From Gemmatimonadaceae bacterium (GTDB taxonomy: Bacteria; Gemmatimonadota; Gemmatimonadetes; Gemmatimonadales; Gemmatimonadaceae): 64,000 nt of DNA. Below are positions 12,211 through 21,894 of the stretch, in pieces. The translations under genes and the position numbers were made by a program. The stretch's first letter is position 1. Each line of letters begins with the position of its first letter. A model generated the notes under the pieces. The model was not told the origin of the DNA and made no database searches. It saw nothing but the letters and a program-made list of their open reading frames with translations. The DNA lies in the NCBI GenBank assembly GCA_040901985.1, contig JBBDYC010000008.1, positions 16,490 to 80,489 on the forward strand, given 5' to 3'.

Positions 12211-12537
12211 ATGGCTGCCAAGAAGAAGGCGAAGAAGGGCAAGAAGGCCGCGAAGAAGAAGGTCGCGAAGAAGAAGGGCGCCAAGCGCACGCCGAACGCC
12301 GCGTTCATGAGGCCGGTGACGCCGAACGAGAAGTTGGCGCTGGTCGTCGGCGCGTCGCCGCTCCCGCGCACCGAGCTCACCAAGAAGCTCTGGATCTACA
12401 TCAAGAAGCACGGGTTGCAGGACAAGAAGAACCGCCGCATGATCAACGCCGACGCGGCGCTGAAGGCGGTCTTCGGTGGACGCACCCAGGTGTCGATGTT
12501 CGATATGACCAAGCTCGTCTCCAGGAACCTGAAGTAG
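12211..12537 (+). CDS. SWIB/MDM2-domain protein with Lys-rich N-terminal tail
   Basis: PNAAFM..RTELTKKLWIYIKKHGLQD..INAD..VSMFDM. Confidence 0.85.
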   Translation: MAAKKKAKKGKKAAKKKVAKKKGAKRTPNAAFMRPVTPNEKLALVVGASPLPRTELTKKLWIYIKKHGLQDKKNRRMINADAALKAVFGGRTQVSMFDMTKLVSRNLK

Positions 12538-12557
12538 GTTCGGACGGTCCGACCGTG

Positions 12558-12596
12558 GAGGGGGGGCGCGCCGCAAGGCGCGCCCCTCTCGTTTTC
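12558..12596 (+). terminator. Rho-independent terminator
   Basis: GC-rich stem (..GGGGCGCGCC-GCAA-GGCGCGCCCC..) followed by TTTT. Confidence 0.75.
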
Positions 12597-12676
12597 AGGG
12601 GGGCCGCGGGCCAAATTCCCTTGGCTCCGCGCGGCACGCCGCCGCCCTCCCCTGCCGTCCCCAGCTCCTGAACCCC

Positions 12677-13471
12677 GTGGCCTCCAAGAAGAAGAACGGC
12701 AAGCCGAAGAACCTCGTCGCCGCCGCCCGTGAGGGTGGCAGCGCCACCAAGCCGCGCATTGATCCCAAGCGCCTCTGGGAGGGCGTCAAGTCGCTTGCCG
12801 TCACGATCGCGATCTTCCTCGTGCTCCGCACGTTCTTCGTCGAGGCGTACCGGATCCCGTCGGGGTCAATGATGCCGGCGATGCTGGTCGGCGACTGGCT
12901 GTTCGTGAACAAGCTCCGCTACGGGCCACACCTCCCGTTCACGAAGGTCCGGCTCCCCGGCTACGCCGAGCCGCGGCGCGGCGAGATCGTCGTCTTCATC
13001 TCCCCGGTGCAAGTGGACCAGCCGTGGGACCCGACGCCGATCGTCGTCAAGCGGCTGATCGGGATGCCGGGCGACACGGTCCACTCGCGCGAGGGCGTGG
13101 TGCACATCAACGGCGACGCGCAGCAGCTCGGCTACGCCGTGGCCGGCAGCGGCGCGCCAGGCGACGAGTACTACCCGCTGTTCGACTGGCAGCGGCGGAT
13201 TGCCGTGGCCGACTCGCGCTTCGGGCCACCACCCGAGCGGCCGACGCTCGACGACTGGGGTCCGCTCGTCGTCCCCGAGGGCCACTACTGGATGATGGGC
13301 GACAGTCGGTATAACTCCAAGGACAGCCGATACTGGGGGGTCGTCCCGCGCGAGAACGTGCGCGGGCGGCCGCTCTTCGTGTATTTCTCGTACAACGCCA
13401 ACGACTCCGACCGGCCGCTGCCCTTCATCACCGACATCCGCTGGTCCCGCCTCGGACATATCCTCCGATGA
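12677..13471 (+). CDS. lepB: Signal peptidase I
   Basis: IPSGSM (Ser), VKRLIGMPGD (Lys), MMGDSRYNSKDSRYWG. Confidence 0.92.
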   Translation: MASKKKNGKPKNLVAAAREGGSATKPRIDPKRLWEGVKSLAVTIAIFLVLRTFFVEAYRIPSGSMMPAMLVGDWLFVNKLRYGPHLPFTKVRLPGYAEPRRGEIVVFISPVQVDQPWDPTPIVVKRLIGMPGDTVHSREGVVHINGDAQQLGYAVAGSGAPGDEYYPLFDWQRRIAVADSRFGPPPERPTLDDWGPLVVPEGHYWMMGDSRYNSKDSRYWGVVPRENVRGRPLFVYFSYNANDSDRPLPFITDIRWSRLGHILR

Positions 13472-13923
13472 CACGCGCCTTCCCCCGCCCCCTCCTCATC
13501 GCTGGCTTCCTGATGGCCGCCGGCGCACTCGCCGGCTGCGCGCCACGCGTGCAGTACCACACGCCGTTTGGCGCGCCGACACGCCCCTTCTCGCCCGCCG
13601 TCGAGGTGAACGGCCTGATCTTCCTCTCCGGCCAGATCGGCACCGACGCCTCGGCCGCTGGCGGTCTCGTCGCGGGCGGGATCGAGGCCGAGACGCGCCA
13701 GACGCTCGACAACATCAAGCGCACCCTCGAGGCGATTGGCTCGGGGATGGACCGTGTGGTGAAGTGCACCGTGATGATGGCCGATATGGCCGAGTGGGAT
13801 CGGATGAACGCGGTCTACCGGACGTACTTCCCGGCCGACCGCCTGCCGGCGCGCAGCGCGCTCGGCGCCAACGGACTCGCCCTCGGCGCCCGCGTCGAGA
13901 TCGAGTGCATCGCCAGCCGCTGA
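13468..13923 (+). CDS. RidA/YjgF family protein with lipoprotein-type signal
   Basis: LAGC lipobox; FLSGQIG, PARS, VEIECIA. Confidence 0.85.
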   Translation: MTRAFPRPLLIAGFLMAAGALAGCAPRVQYHTPFGAPTRPFSPAVEVNGLIFLSGQIGTDASAAGGLVAGGIEAETRQTLDNIKRTLEAIGSGMDRVVKCTVMMADMAEWDRMNAVYRTYFPADRLPARSALGANGLALGARVEIECIASR

Positions 13924-13926
13924 CCG

Positions 13927-14421
13927 ATGCCTCTCCTCCGGCCGACGATGGCGCTGGGCGCGCTCGAGGAACCCGCCTTCCTCCGCCGCGTCTCGCTCTC
14001 GCTGCCGCTGATGGCCATTCTCGCCGGCGCCGGCCTCCGCTCCTACCGCGCCGTCGTGCTCGAGTTCGGCTGGAGCGACAGTTGGCTCTGGATCGCCGGC
14101 ACTTTCATGGGCGGCGCCTTCTTCCTGTTCCTGATGGCGACGATGCACCTCGGGAACTACCCGGTCCGCGCCTGGTCCTGGCGCGCCCCCCTCTTCGCCC
14201 TCGTCGAGTCGGCCACTGAGATCGCGGTCAGCCTCGCGCTCACCCTCTTTGGCGTCGAGCGGATCGGCAGTCTCCCCGCGACGATCGAGGACTGGCAGGG
14301 CACCTCGATGCGGATCCTCTTCTATCGCCTCGTCGGGATCACCGGCTTTGCGGTGATCCTCGCACTCGTCTCCACGGTCGTCCGACTGCTGATGATCCCC
14401 AGCAAACCCGAGCACCCCTGA
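13927..14421 (+). CDS. Hypothetical membrane protein
   Basis: About 4 TM segments; operonic spacing. Confidence 0.6.
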   Translation: MPLLRPTMALGALEEPAFLRRVSLSLPLMAILAGAGLRSYRAVVLEFGWSDSWLWIAGTFMGGAFFLFLMATMHLGNYPVRAWSWRAPLFALVESATEIAVSLALTLFGVERIGSLPATIEDWQGTSMRILFYRLVGITGFAVILALVSTVVRLLMIPSKPEHP

Positions 14422-14422
14422 C

Positions 14423-15808
14423 ATGCGCCCACTCGCCGCCCTCCTCCTGTTCTTTCTTGTCGTCGCGGCGCCGACCGGCGCGCAGACACCCGAACGCCCC
14501 TTCGGCACGCTGCGCGAGCAGGCGGTGCTGCAGCAACGCTGGCTCGACGCGCGGCTGCGCACGGTCCTCCCGGCGCTGATGCGCAAGCACGGCGTGGACG
14601 CCTGGGTGATCCCGATGCGCGAGTACAACGAGGACCCGACCTTCTCGTCCCTCGTCTCGCCGACGACGTTTGCGGCGCGCAGGCGGACGATCTACGTCTT
14701 CTACGACCGCTGCGCCAAGGACGGGCGGACCGATCCAGGCGACGGGTCGTGCATCGAGCGGATCGCCCTCGGCGGCAGCTCGCAGGGCGGGCTCTACGAC
14801 GCACGCCGCGCCGCGACGACGGTCGCCGCCGACGTCGGCGGCCGCCAGGCCGAGCTCTGGGGCGACTCGCAGTGGCAGGTCCTCAAGCAGGTCCTCGAGG
14901 AACGCGACCCGCGCGTCATCGCCATCAACGTCTCGCGCACCTTCGCCTTTTCCGACGGCCTCACCGCCGGCGAGCGCGACGGGATGACGGCGGCGCTGGG
15001 CGAGCGCTGGAGCGCGCGATTCCGCTCCGTGGACGCGCTGCCGCTCGAGTTCATCGCCACCCGGCTCCCCGAGGAGGAGGTGGTCTACCGGCAGATGCAG
15101 GAGCTCGTCTGGTCGCTGACGCAGCGGATGTTCTCGGCCGCCGAGATCACGCCCGGCGTGACCCGCACGAGCGACCTCGTCTGGTGGTGGCGCCAGCGCG
15201 TGAACGACCTCGGGCTCGGCACCTGGTTCCAGCCGAGCGTGAGCGTCCAGCGGCGCGGCGTCAGTTCGGCCCAGTTGGGCGACGACCCGATCATCCAGCG
15301 CGGCGACGTCCTCCACTGCGACGTCGGCATCATCGCGCTCGGGCTCAGCACCGACACCCAGCACAACGGCTATGTCCTCCTCCCTGGCGAGACGGACGCG
15401 CCGGCGGGGCTCCAGCGGGCGCTGCAGAACGCCAATCGCCTGCAGGACCTCCTGCTCGAGGAGCTCCGCGCCGGCCGCACCGGGAACGAGATCCTCGCCG
15501 CGACGCTTGGTCGGATGCGGGCCGAGGGGATTGACGGCACGGTCTACTCGCACCCGATCGGGATGCACGGCCACGGGGCCGGCCCGTTGATCGGGCGGTG
15601 GGACCACCAGGACGCCCTCCCCGGCATCGGCGAGGAGCGGGTGATCCCGGGGATGTGGTACTCGATCGAACTTCAGGCCACGACGCGGGTGGAGGAGTGG
15701 GGCGGCCAGCCGGTGCGGATGGCGCAGGAGGAGGACGCGCTGGTCGGGCCCGACGGGCGCCCGCGGTGGGCGCTCCGCCGGCAGGACCGACTTTTTCTCG
15801 TCCGGTGA
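14423..15808 (+). CDS. M24 family (Xaa-Pro-like) metallopeptidase, secreted
   Basis: HCDVG..TDTQH..HPIGMHGHG..SIE..QEED. Confidence 0.8.
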   Translation: MRPLAALLLFFLVVAAPTGAQTPERPFGTLREQAVLQQRWLDARLRTVLPALMRKHGVDAWVIPMREYNEDPTFSSLVSPTTFAARRRTIYVFYDRCAKDGRTDPGDGSCIERIALGGSSQGGLYDARRAATTVAADVGGRQAELWGDSQWQVLKQVLEERDPRVIAINVSRTFAFSDGLTAGERDGMTAALGERWSARFRSVDALPLEFIATRLPEEEVVYRQMQELVWSLTQRMFSAAEITPGVTRTSDLVWWWRQRVNDLGLGTWFQPSVSVQRRGVSSAQLGDDPIIQRGDVLHCDVGIIALGLSTDTQHNGYVLLPGETDAPAGLQRALQNANRLQDLLLEELRAGRTGNEILAATLGRMRAEGIDGTVYSHPIGMHGHGAGPLIGRWDHQDALPGIGEERVIPGMWYSIELQATTRVEEWGGQPVRMAQEEDALVGPDGRPRWALRRQDRLFLVR

Positions 15809-15814
15809 GTTAAA

Positions 15815-16183
15815 TTGTCCCGTATGCGGAAGGGCAAGAAGGAACTGATCGTCGTCGGCGACCGCGTGCTGATCCGCGTGGAGGAAGGGGAGGAGCGCTC
15901 GAAGGTCGGGCTCTATCTCCCCGCCACCGCGGTGGACAGCCAGGCGGTGCAGGGCGGGACGATCGTCGCCACGGGGCCGGGGACGCCGCTCCCCGAGGTG
16001 AACGACCACCTCGACGAGCCGTGGCGGATCGGCGGGACCAAGGAGACGCGGCACGTGCCAATGCAGGCGCAGGTCGGCGACTACGCGCTCTTCTTTCGCA
16101 AGGCGTCGGTGGAGATCACGTTCGACGACGAGCGCTTCCTCGTCGTCCCGCAGGCGGCGATCCTCGCCCTCAGCCGGCAGTGA
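15815..16183 (+). CDS. GroES/Cpn10 family protein (no groEL alongside)
   Basis: VGDRVLI, GLYLP, GTIVATGPG, VGD, AILA. Confidence 0.8.
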   Translation: MSRMRKGKKELIVVGDRVLIRVEEGEERSKVGLYLPATAVDSQAVQGGTIVATGPGTPLPEVNDHLDEPWRIGGTKETRHVPMQAQVGDYALFFRKASVEITFDDERFLVVPQAAILALSRQ

Positions 16184-16245
16184 CGCACGTGTGACCAGAA
16201 GGCGTCAGCCGACGCCGGAACGATATTCAACCGGGAGTTGGACCG

Positions 16246-16680
16246 ATGATGTACGACGAACGGATGGTGGCGCCGATGCGCGCCGAGATCACGCGGCTCG
16301 GGGTCGAGGAGCTGCGCACGGCCGACGCCGTTGACACCGCGCTCAAGGACGCCAAGGGCACGCAGCTGGTGGTCGTGAACTCGGTCTGCGGCTGCTCGGC
16401 GCGCAATATGCGCCCCGCCGTGGCGGCGGCGCTGCAGCACGCCACGCGTCCCGACCGGCTCTATACGGTCTTTGCGGGCAATGACGCCGACGCGACGCGC
16501 CAGGTGCGCACCTACTTCACCGGCTACGCGCCCAGCTCACCCTCGCTTGGGCTCCTCAAGGACGGAAAGCTGGTGCATATGGTTGAGCGCTGGCAGATCG
16601 AGGGGCGCACCGCCGCCGCGATCGCCGAGGACCTGATTGCCGCGTTCGACAAGCACTGCGAGACCGCCGTCGCCAACTGA
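16246..16680 (+). CDS. BrxA/BrxB family bacilliredoxin
   Basis: VNSVCGC, TVFAG, PSSPS, IEGR. Confidence 0.85.
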   Translation: MMYDERMVAPMRAEITRLGVEELRTADAVDTALKDAKGTQLVVVNSVCGCSARNMRPAVAAALQHATRPDRLYTVFAGNDADATRQVRTYFTGYAPSSPSLGLLKDGKLVHMVERWQIEGRTAAAIAEDLIAAFDKHCETAVAN

Positions 16681-16695
16681 CGCCGGCCGCGCGCG

Positions 16696-17991
16696 CTACC
16701 CCTGCCGGATCCAACGCCCGAGCTCCCTGAGACTCGGGCGTTTTCCGTACATCAGCAGGCCCACGCGGTAGATCCGCGCCGAGAGCCAGATTCCCGCGAC
16801 GCAGGCGAGCGCCAGGCCGGCCAGCGAGCCGACGATCTCCACTGTCGGCACCGGGATTGACGTCATCCGCATCGGCATGATGATCGGCGCCGAGAACGGG
16901 AGCCAGCTCATCACCTCGGCGAGGCGCCCAGTGGGGTTCATCATCACCGGCTGTACGAAGATGATGCTGAAGATCAGCATCATGATCACCGGCTGCGACG
17001 CCTGCTGCGCCTCCTCCTGCGAGCCGACCATCGCGCCGACGGCGGCGAAGAGCGACGCATAGAAGGTGTAGCCGAGGATGAAGAAGAGGACCAGCGCGAG
17101 GGCGACCAGCGGGGCGATGCTCGGGAACTGCACCGCCGGCATCCCCTCGACCCCCAGCAGCCCGAAGATCCGGGTGCGCTGGTTCCAGAAGAAGATCCCG
17201 CTGGCGACCCAGACGAACTGCTGGGTGAGCCCGACCGCACCGACGCCGATGACCTTTCCGGCGAGCAAGGTCTCCGGGCTCACGCTCGACACCACGACCT
17301 CGGCCACCCGCGTCGTCTTCTCCTCGAGCACGCCGCGGAGGATGTTCTGGCCGTAGAGGATGATGCTCATATAGAGCAGGAAGGCGATCCCGAAGCCGAA
17401 GACCGCGCCGGCCAGTCCCGAGCCGCCCTTCCCCTGCTCGGTGATGCGTTCGGTGCTGAGCCGCACGCGAACCTGCGCCAGCGACCGGGCGACCTCGGCC
17501 GAGAGTCCGGCCGCCTCGACGCGGTGGGCGAGAAGCCCCGCCCGCACCGCCGCCTCGATCCGCTCCGTCTCGCCCACCGAGCCGGCATTGCGGCCGGCGT
17601 AGCGCGCGCTCTCGCCGCGCAGCGTCAACGAGTCCACGACGAGGTAGCCGGTGATCTCGCGACGCTGGACGAGTGCGATGAGCGAATCCTCGCGCGCCGC
17701 GACGTCCGCCGGCGCGATGCGTTCGACGCGGATCAACTCCTCCACCGTCGTGCTCTGGAGCCCGACCGGCCGCAGCCGCTCGACGATCCGCTCGCCGAGG
17801 CCGCTCCCCGTGGCGTCCACGATCACTACGTTGCCGACCGTCGCCGTGCGCATCCCGCGCACCGAGAGGTAGCCGGGCAGCACCATGATCGTGGCAAAGA
17901 AGATCGGCCCAAAGAGCGTCACGGCGATGAACCACTTGGTGCGGACGCGCTCGAGATACTCGCGCTTGAAGACGACCCAGAACTTACCCAT
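16696..17991 (-). CDS. ABC-2 type permease (NatB/YhaP-like)
   Basis: VLEEKTTRVAEV, LLAGKVIG, multiple TMs. Confidence 0.85.
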   Translation of the reverse strand: MGKFWVVFKREYLERVRTKWFIAVTLFGPIFFATIMVLPGYLSVRGMRTATVGNVVIVDATGSGLGERIVERLRPVGLQSTTVEELIRVERIAPADVAAREDSLIALVQRREITGYLVVDSLTLRGESARYAGRNAGSVGETERIEAAVRAGLLAHRVEAAGLSAEVARSLAQVRVRLSTERITEQGKGGSGLAGAVFGFGIAFLLYMSIILYGQNILRGVLEEKTTRVAEVVVSSVSPETLLAGKVIGVGAVGLTQQFVWVASGIFFWNQRTRIFGLLGVEGMPAVQFPSIAPLVALALVLFFILGYTFYASLFAAVGAMVGSQEEAQQASQPVIMMLIFSIIFVQPVMMNPTGRLAEVMSWLPFSAPIIMPMRMTSIPVPTVEIVGSLAGLALACVAGIWLSARIYRVGLLMYGKRPSLRELGRWIRQG

Positions 17992-18949
17992 GGCCGCTCA
18001 TCCCCTCCTCGACGCCGGTGGCGCCGACGCGCTGCAGGAAGATCTGGTGGAGCGACGGTTGCACGCGCTCGAAGCGCTGGATCGTCGCGCCGGCCTCGAC
18101 AAGGCGACGGAGAAGCACCTGCGGATCGCCGCGCTCGGCCATCTCGAGCTCGACGTATCGGTTGTGGTCGTCGGCGCGTTCCACCAGCGTGCGGTCGCGG
18201 AGGATCGCCGCCACCGCACTGGTCGCGCCCCCCTCGATCGCCAGCGCCACCGTCCGCCCCGCGTTCTCCGCCTTGACCGCGGTCAGCGCGCCGTCAAGGA
18301 CCTTCTCCCCGCGCGCGATGATGCAGACCGCGTCGCAGAGGCGCTCGGCGTTGTCCATCAGGTGCGTCGAGAAGATCACCGTCTTTCCCTGGCGCCGGAG
18401 GTCCACCACGGTGTCCTTCAGCGCCTGCGCATTGATTGGGTCGAGGCCGCTGAACGGCTCGTCGAGGATCACGATGTCGGGCTCGTGCAGCAGCGTGGCA
18501 ATGAACTGGACCTTCTGCTGCATCCCGCGCGAGAGCTCGTCCACCTTCGCGTTGCCCCAGTCCTTCTCCGCGGTGCGCAGGCCGAGCCGGTCGAGCCACT
18601 CGGTGATCCGCGCGTCGGCGACGCGCCCCGGGACTCCCTTCAGCTCGCCGAGGAACTTGAGCACGCCGCGCACCGACATCTTCCGGTAGAGGCCGCGCTC
18701 CTCGGGGAGGTAGCCGAGCCGGTCGAGCGCGCCCTTCTCGCGGTTCGACCGTCCGAGCACGGAAATCGTCCCGCGGTCGGGGGCGATGACGTCGAGGATC
18801 ATCCGGATGGTCGTCGTCTTGCCGGCGCCGTTGGGGCCAAGAAGGCCGTAGACGGAGCCGCGTGGCACGGCGAGCGAGAGGTCGGACACCGCCACGTGCT
18901 CGGCGTAGCGTTTGGAGATTCCCCGGATTTCGAGGGCGAGATCGGTCAT
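17984..18949 (-). CDS. ABC transporter ATP-binding protein
   Basis: GPNGAGKTT, LSRGMQQK, ILDEPFSGLD; ATG 18949. Confidence 0.9.
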   Translation of the reverse strand: MTDLALEIRGISKRYAEHVAVSDLSLAVPRGSVYGLLGPNGAGKTTTIRMILDVIAPDRGTISVLGRSNREKGALDRLGYLPEERGLYRKMSVRGVLKFLGELKGVPGRVADARITEWLDRLGLRTAEKDWGNAKVDELSRGMQQKVQFIATLLHEPDIVILDEPFSGLDPINAQALKDTVVDLRRQGKTVIFSTHLMDNAERLCDAVCIIARGEKVLDGALTAVKAENAGRTVALAIEGGATSAVAAILRDRTLVERADDHNRYVELEMAERGDPQVLLRRLVEAGATIQRFERVQPSLHQIFLQRVGATGVEEGMSGHG

Positions 18950-19058
18950 CGGTCGCGGGGTCGGAGTGGGCCGAAATCTAGGCCCGGGGCGCACGCACCG
19001 TGCGGGCAGTCTCCACCGGGACTGGTGCCGCACGACGCGGCTCGCGACACTACGGGCG

Positions 19059-20021
19059 ATGCCTCCCGCACGATCCACCCGTTCCGCGCGCGCCTTGGCC
19101 GGCGTCGGCCTGTGCATCGCGGCCCTCGTCGCCGTCGGCTGCGGCGCTCCGTCCGGGGGCGGGACCCTCACGGTCTTCAACGCCGGAAGCCTGGCCCGAC
19201 CCCTGCGCGCGGCGCTCGACTCCTTTGCGCGGGTCGAGGGCGTGACCATCGCGCAGGAGAGCGCCGGATCGCTGGAGACCGCGCGGAAGCTCACCGAGCT
19301 GGGGAACGTGCCCGATATCATCGCTCTGGCCGACGCCGAGGTCTTTCCCGGCTACCTCGTGCCGGCGCACGTGGAGGCGTACGTCGCCTTTGCGCGCAAC
19401 CGGATGGTGCTGGCCTACACCGACCGCTCGCGCTTCGCCGCGGAGGTCTCGGCGGATAACTGGTGGCAAATCGTCCAGCGACCGGGCGTCGAGGTCGGCC
19501 GCTCCGACCCCGAGCTCGACCCCAACGGCTACCGCACGCTGATGGTGTGGCAACTCGCGGCGCGGCACTACGGCGACCCCGCGCTCGCGGCGACGCTCGA
19601 GGCGCACGCGCCGCCGCGCAACATCCGGCCCAAGGAGGCGGACCTCGTCGGATTGCTGCAGGCCGGCGAGCTCGACTACATCTGGTCGTACGAGTCCATT
19701 GCCCGCGCGGTTGGCCTGCGGTGGGTCGCGCTCCCGGTCGAGATTGACCTCTCCTCGCCGGACCACGCGGCGCAGTACGCGGCCGCCCGGGTGACGGTGC
19801 GCGGGGCGAGCGGGGGCGGCTCCGTCACCTTTATCGGCGCGCCGATTGTGTATGCGTTTGCCGTGCCGCGCGCCGCACCCCACCCGGAGCTCGCCGCCCG
19901 CTTTGCGGCGTTTCTCGTGTCGCCCGAGGGACGGGCAATCCTGCGCCGCGAGGGCCTCGACGCCCTCGACACGCCGCGACACACTGGCGCGCCGCCGGCC
20001 TGGTTCACGGGGGCGCCGTGA
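19059..20021 (+). CDS. wtpA: WtpA-type tungstate/molybdate-binding lipoprotein
   Basis: AGSL, SAGS, DPNGYR, RPKE, DYIWSYESIA. Confidence 0.7.
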   Translation: MPPARSTRSARALAGVGLCIAALVAVGCGAPSGGGTLTVFNAGSLARPLRAALDSFARVEGVTIAQESAGSLETARKLTELGNVPDIIALADAEVFPGYLVPAHVEAYVAFARNRMVLAYTDRSRFAAEVSADNWWQIVQRPGVEVGRSDPELDPNGYRTLMVWQLAARHYGDPALAATLEAHAPPRNIRPKEADLVGLLQAGELDYIWSYESIARAVGLRWVALPVEIDLSSPDHAAQYAAARVTVRGASGGGSVTFIGAPIVYAFAVPRAAPHPELAARFAAFLVSPEGRAILRREGLDALDTPRHTGAPPAWFTGAP

Positions 20022-20818
20022 CCCTCTCGCCGCGCGGGTTCCACCGGATCGCCAGCGTGGTCGCCGCGTTGGCCGGCTCGGCGTTGCTCCTCTTCCTCGT
20101 CGCGCCGATCGCCGAGCTCGTCGGCGCCGGGGGTCTCGAGGGGATCCGGCGCCTCTTCACCGACGGCGAGCTGCGGTCGTCGCTCGCCCTCACCGGCCTC
20201 ACCGCCACCGTCGCGACGCTCGTCGGCGTCGTTGGCGGCACGCCGCTCGCCTACCTCCTCGCGCGCCGCGAGTTTCCGGGGCGCGCGATCCTCGCCGCGC
20301 TGCTCGACCTTCCGCTCCTCATCCCGCATCCGGTTGCCGGCATCGCGCTGCTGCTCGTCCTCGGGCGCGAGAGCGCCGTCGGCGGCGCGGCGCTCGAGCT
20401 GGGGCTCCGGATCGTCGGCTCGCCGCTCGGCATCATCGCCGCGATGCTCTTTGTCTCGGCGCCGCTCTTCGTGAGCGGCGCGCGCGAGGCCTTTGCCAAA
20501 GTGGATGCCCGCTACGAGGGCGTCGCGCGCACGCTCGGCGATCCGCCCTGGCGCGCCTTTCGCCGGATCACGCTCCCCCTCGCCGGCCGCGGCCTCCTCG
20601 CCTCGGCGGTGGTGATGTGGGCGCGCGCGGTGAGTGAGTTCGGCGCGATCGTCATCATCACCTACAACCCGAAGGTCGCGAGCGTCCTCAGCTACGACCG
20701 CTTCACCAGCTTCGGGCTCGCCGAGGCGCTCCCGGTGGCGGCGGCGCTGGCGATACTCGCGCTCCTCCCGCTCACGCTGCTGCGCGCGCTGCGCACCGAA
20801 CGGCGGGACGACCGATGA
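20018..20818 (+). CDS. wtpB: Tungstate/molybdate ABC permease
   Basis: PLLIPHPVAGIALL, ARTLG, WARAVSEFGA. Confidence 0.7.
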   Translation: MTLSPRGFHRIASVVAALAGSALLLFLVAPIAELVGAGGLEGIRRLFTDGELRSSLALTGLTATVATLVGVVGGTPLAYLLARREFPGRAILAALLDLPLLIPHPVAGIALLLVLGRESAVGGAALELGLRIVGSPLGIIAAMLFVSAPLFVSGAREAFAKVDARYEGVARTLGDPPWRAFRRITLPLAGRGLLASAVVMWARAVSEFGAIVIITYNPKVASVLSYDRFTSFGLAEALPVAAALAILALLPLTLLRALRTERRDDR

Positions 20819-21894
20819 TCGAGCTCGCCGGCGTCGTCGCGCGCAAGGGACGATTTGTCCTCGACGAGATCTCGTTCGCGCTCGAGCGCGGCGAGTACGG
20901 CGTCGTGATCGGCCCCGCCGGCTCCGGCAAGACCACCCTCCTCGAGGTGATCGCCGGCCTCCTCAAGCCGTCGCAGGGTGCGGTGCGTCTTGACGGTGCC
21001 GACGCCGCGCCGCTCGCGCCCGAGGCCCGGGGGATCGGCCTCGTCTATCAGCACGCCTTTCTCTTTCCGCACCTCTCGGTGCGCGAGAACGTCATCTACG
21101 GCGCCGCCGACCCGGCGACGGCGCACGAGGCGGCCGAACGACTCGACGTCGTCGCGCTCTTTGCGCGCGACGTCCGTGGGCTCTCCGGCGGCGAGCGTCA
21201 GCTCGTGGCGCTGGCGCGCGCCCTCGCGCGCCGTCCGCGCCTCCTCCTGCTCGACGAACCCTTCAGCGCGCTCGACCCACGACGGCGCACCCTCGTGCGC
21301 CGTGAGGTCCGCGCGCTGCACCGCGCCTGGGGCCTCACCACGCTCCAGGTCACGCACGACTTCGCCGAGGCGGGAATGCTCGGCGACCGGGCGATCCTCC
21401 TCGACGCCGGGCGCGTCCTGCAGTCGGGCACGCCGGCCGAGGTCTTTCGCCGGCCCGCGTCGCCGTACGTTGCCGAGTTCCTCGGCGCCGAGAATGTCTT
21501 TGCGGGCACCGCGCGCGACCTGGGCGAGGCGCTGCCCGACTGGGTGGACGGCGAGCCGAGCGAGTACGCCCACGGGCACCGCGCCTATGCATTCGAGACC
21601 GAGGGGCTGACTTTCTACGCGGTTGGCGACTTTGCCGTCGGTGCGGGGCACGCGGTGATCCGCGCCGAGGAAATCACCATCGCCCGCGACCACACGCACG
21701 ACTCGGCGCGCAATCGCCTCGCCGGCCGGATCACCGAGGTCGCCACGCTCGGCGCGCTCACCCGCGTGACGCTCGAGGTGCGCGGCACGCCGCTCGTGGC
21801 AGCGCTCACCACGCGCTCGGCCAGCGAGCTCGCGCTCCAGCCGGGGCTGGCGGTGGTGGCGAGCTTCAAGGCGATGGCGGTGCACCTGTGCTGA
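20815..21894 (+). CDS. wtpC: Tungstate/molybdate ABC ATPase with TOBE domain
   Basis: GPAGSGKTT, LSGGERQ, SARNRLAG..ASFKA. Confidence 0.7.
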   Translation: MIELAGVVARKGRFVLDEISFALERGEYGVVIGPAGSGKTTLLEVIAGLLKPSQGAVRLDGADAAPLAPEARGIGLVYQHAFLFPHLSVRENVIYGAADPATAHEAAERLDVVALFARDVRGLSGGERQLVALARALARRPRLLLLDEPFSALDPRRRTLVRREVRALHRAWGLTTLQVTHDFAEAGMLGDRAILLDAGRVLQSGTPAEVFRRPASPYVAEFLGAENVFAGTARDLGEALPDWVDGEPSEYAHGHRAYAFETEGLTFYAVGDFAVGAGHAVIRAEEITIARDHTHDSARNRLAGRITEVATLGALTRVTLEVRGTPLVAALTTRSASELALQPGLAVVASFKAMAVHLC

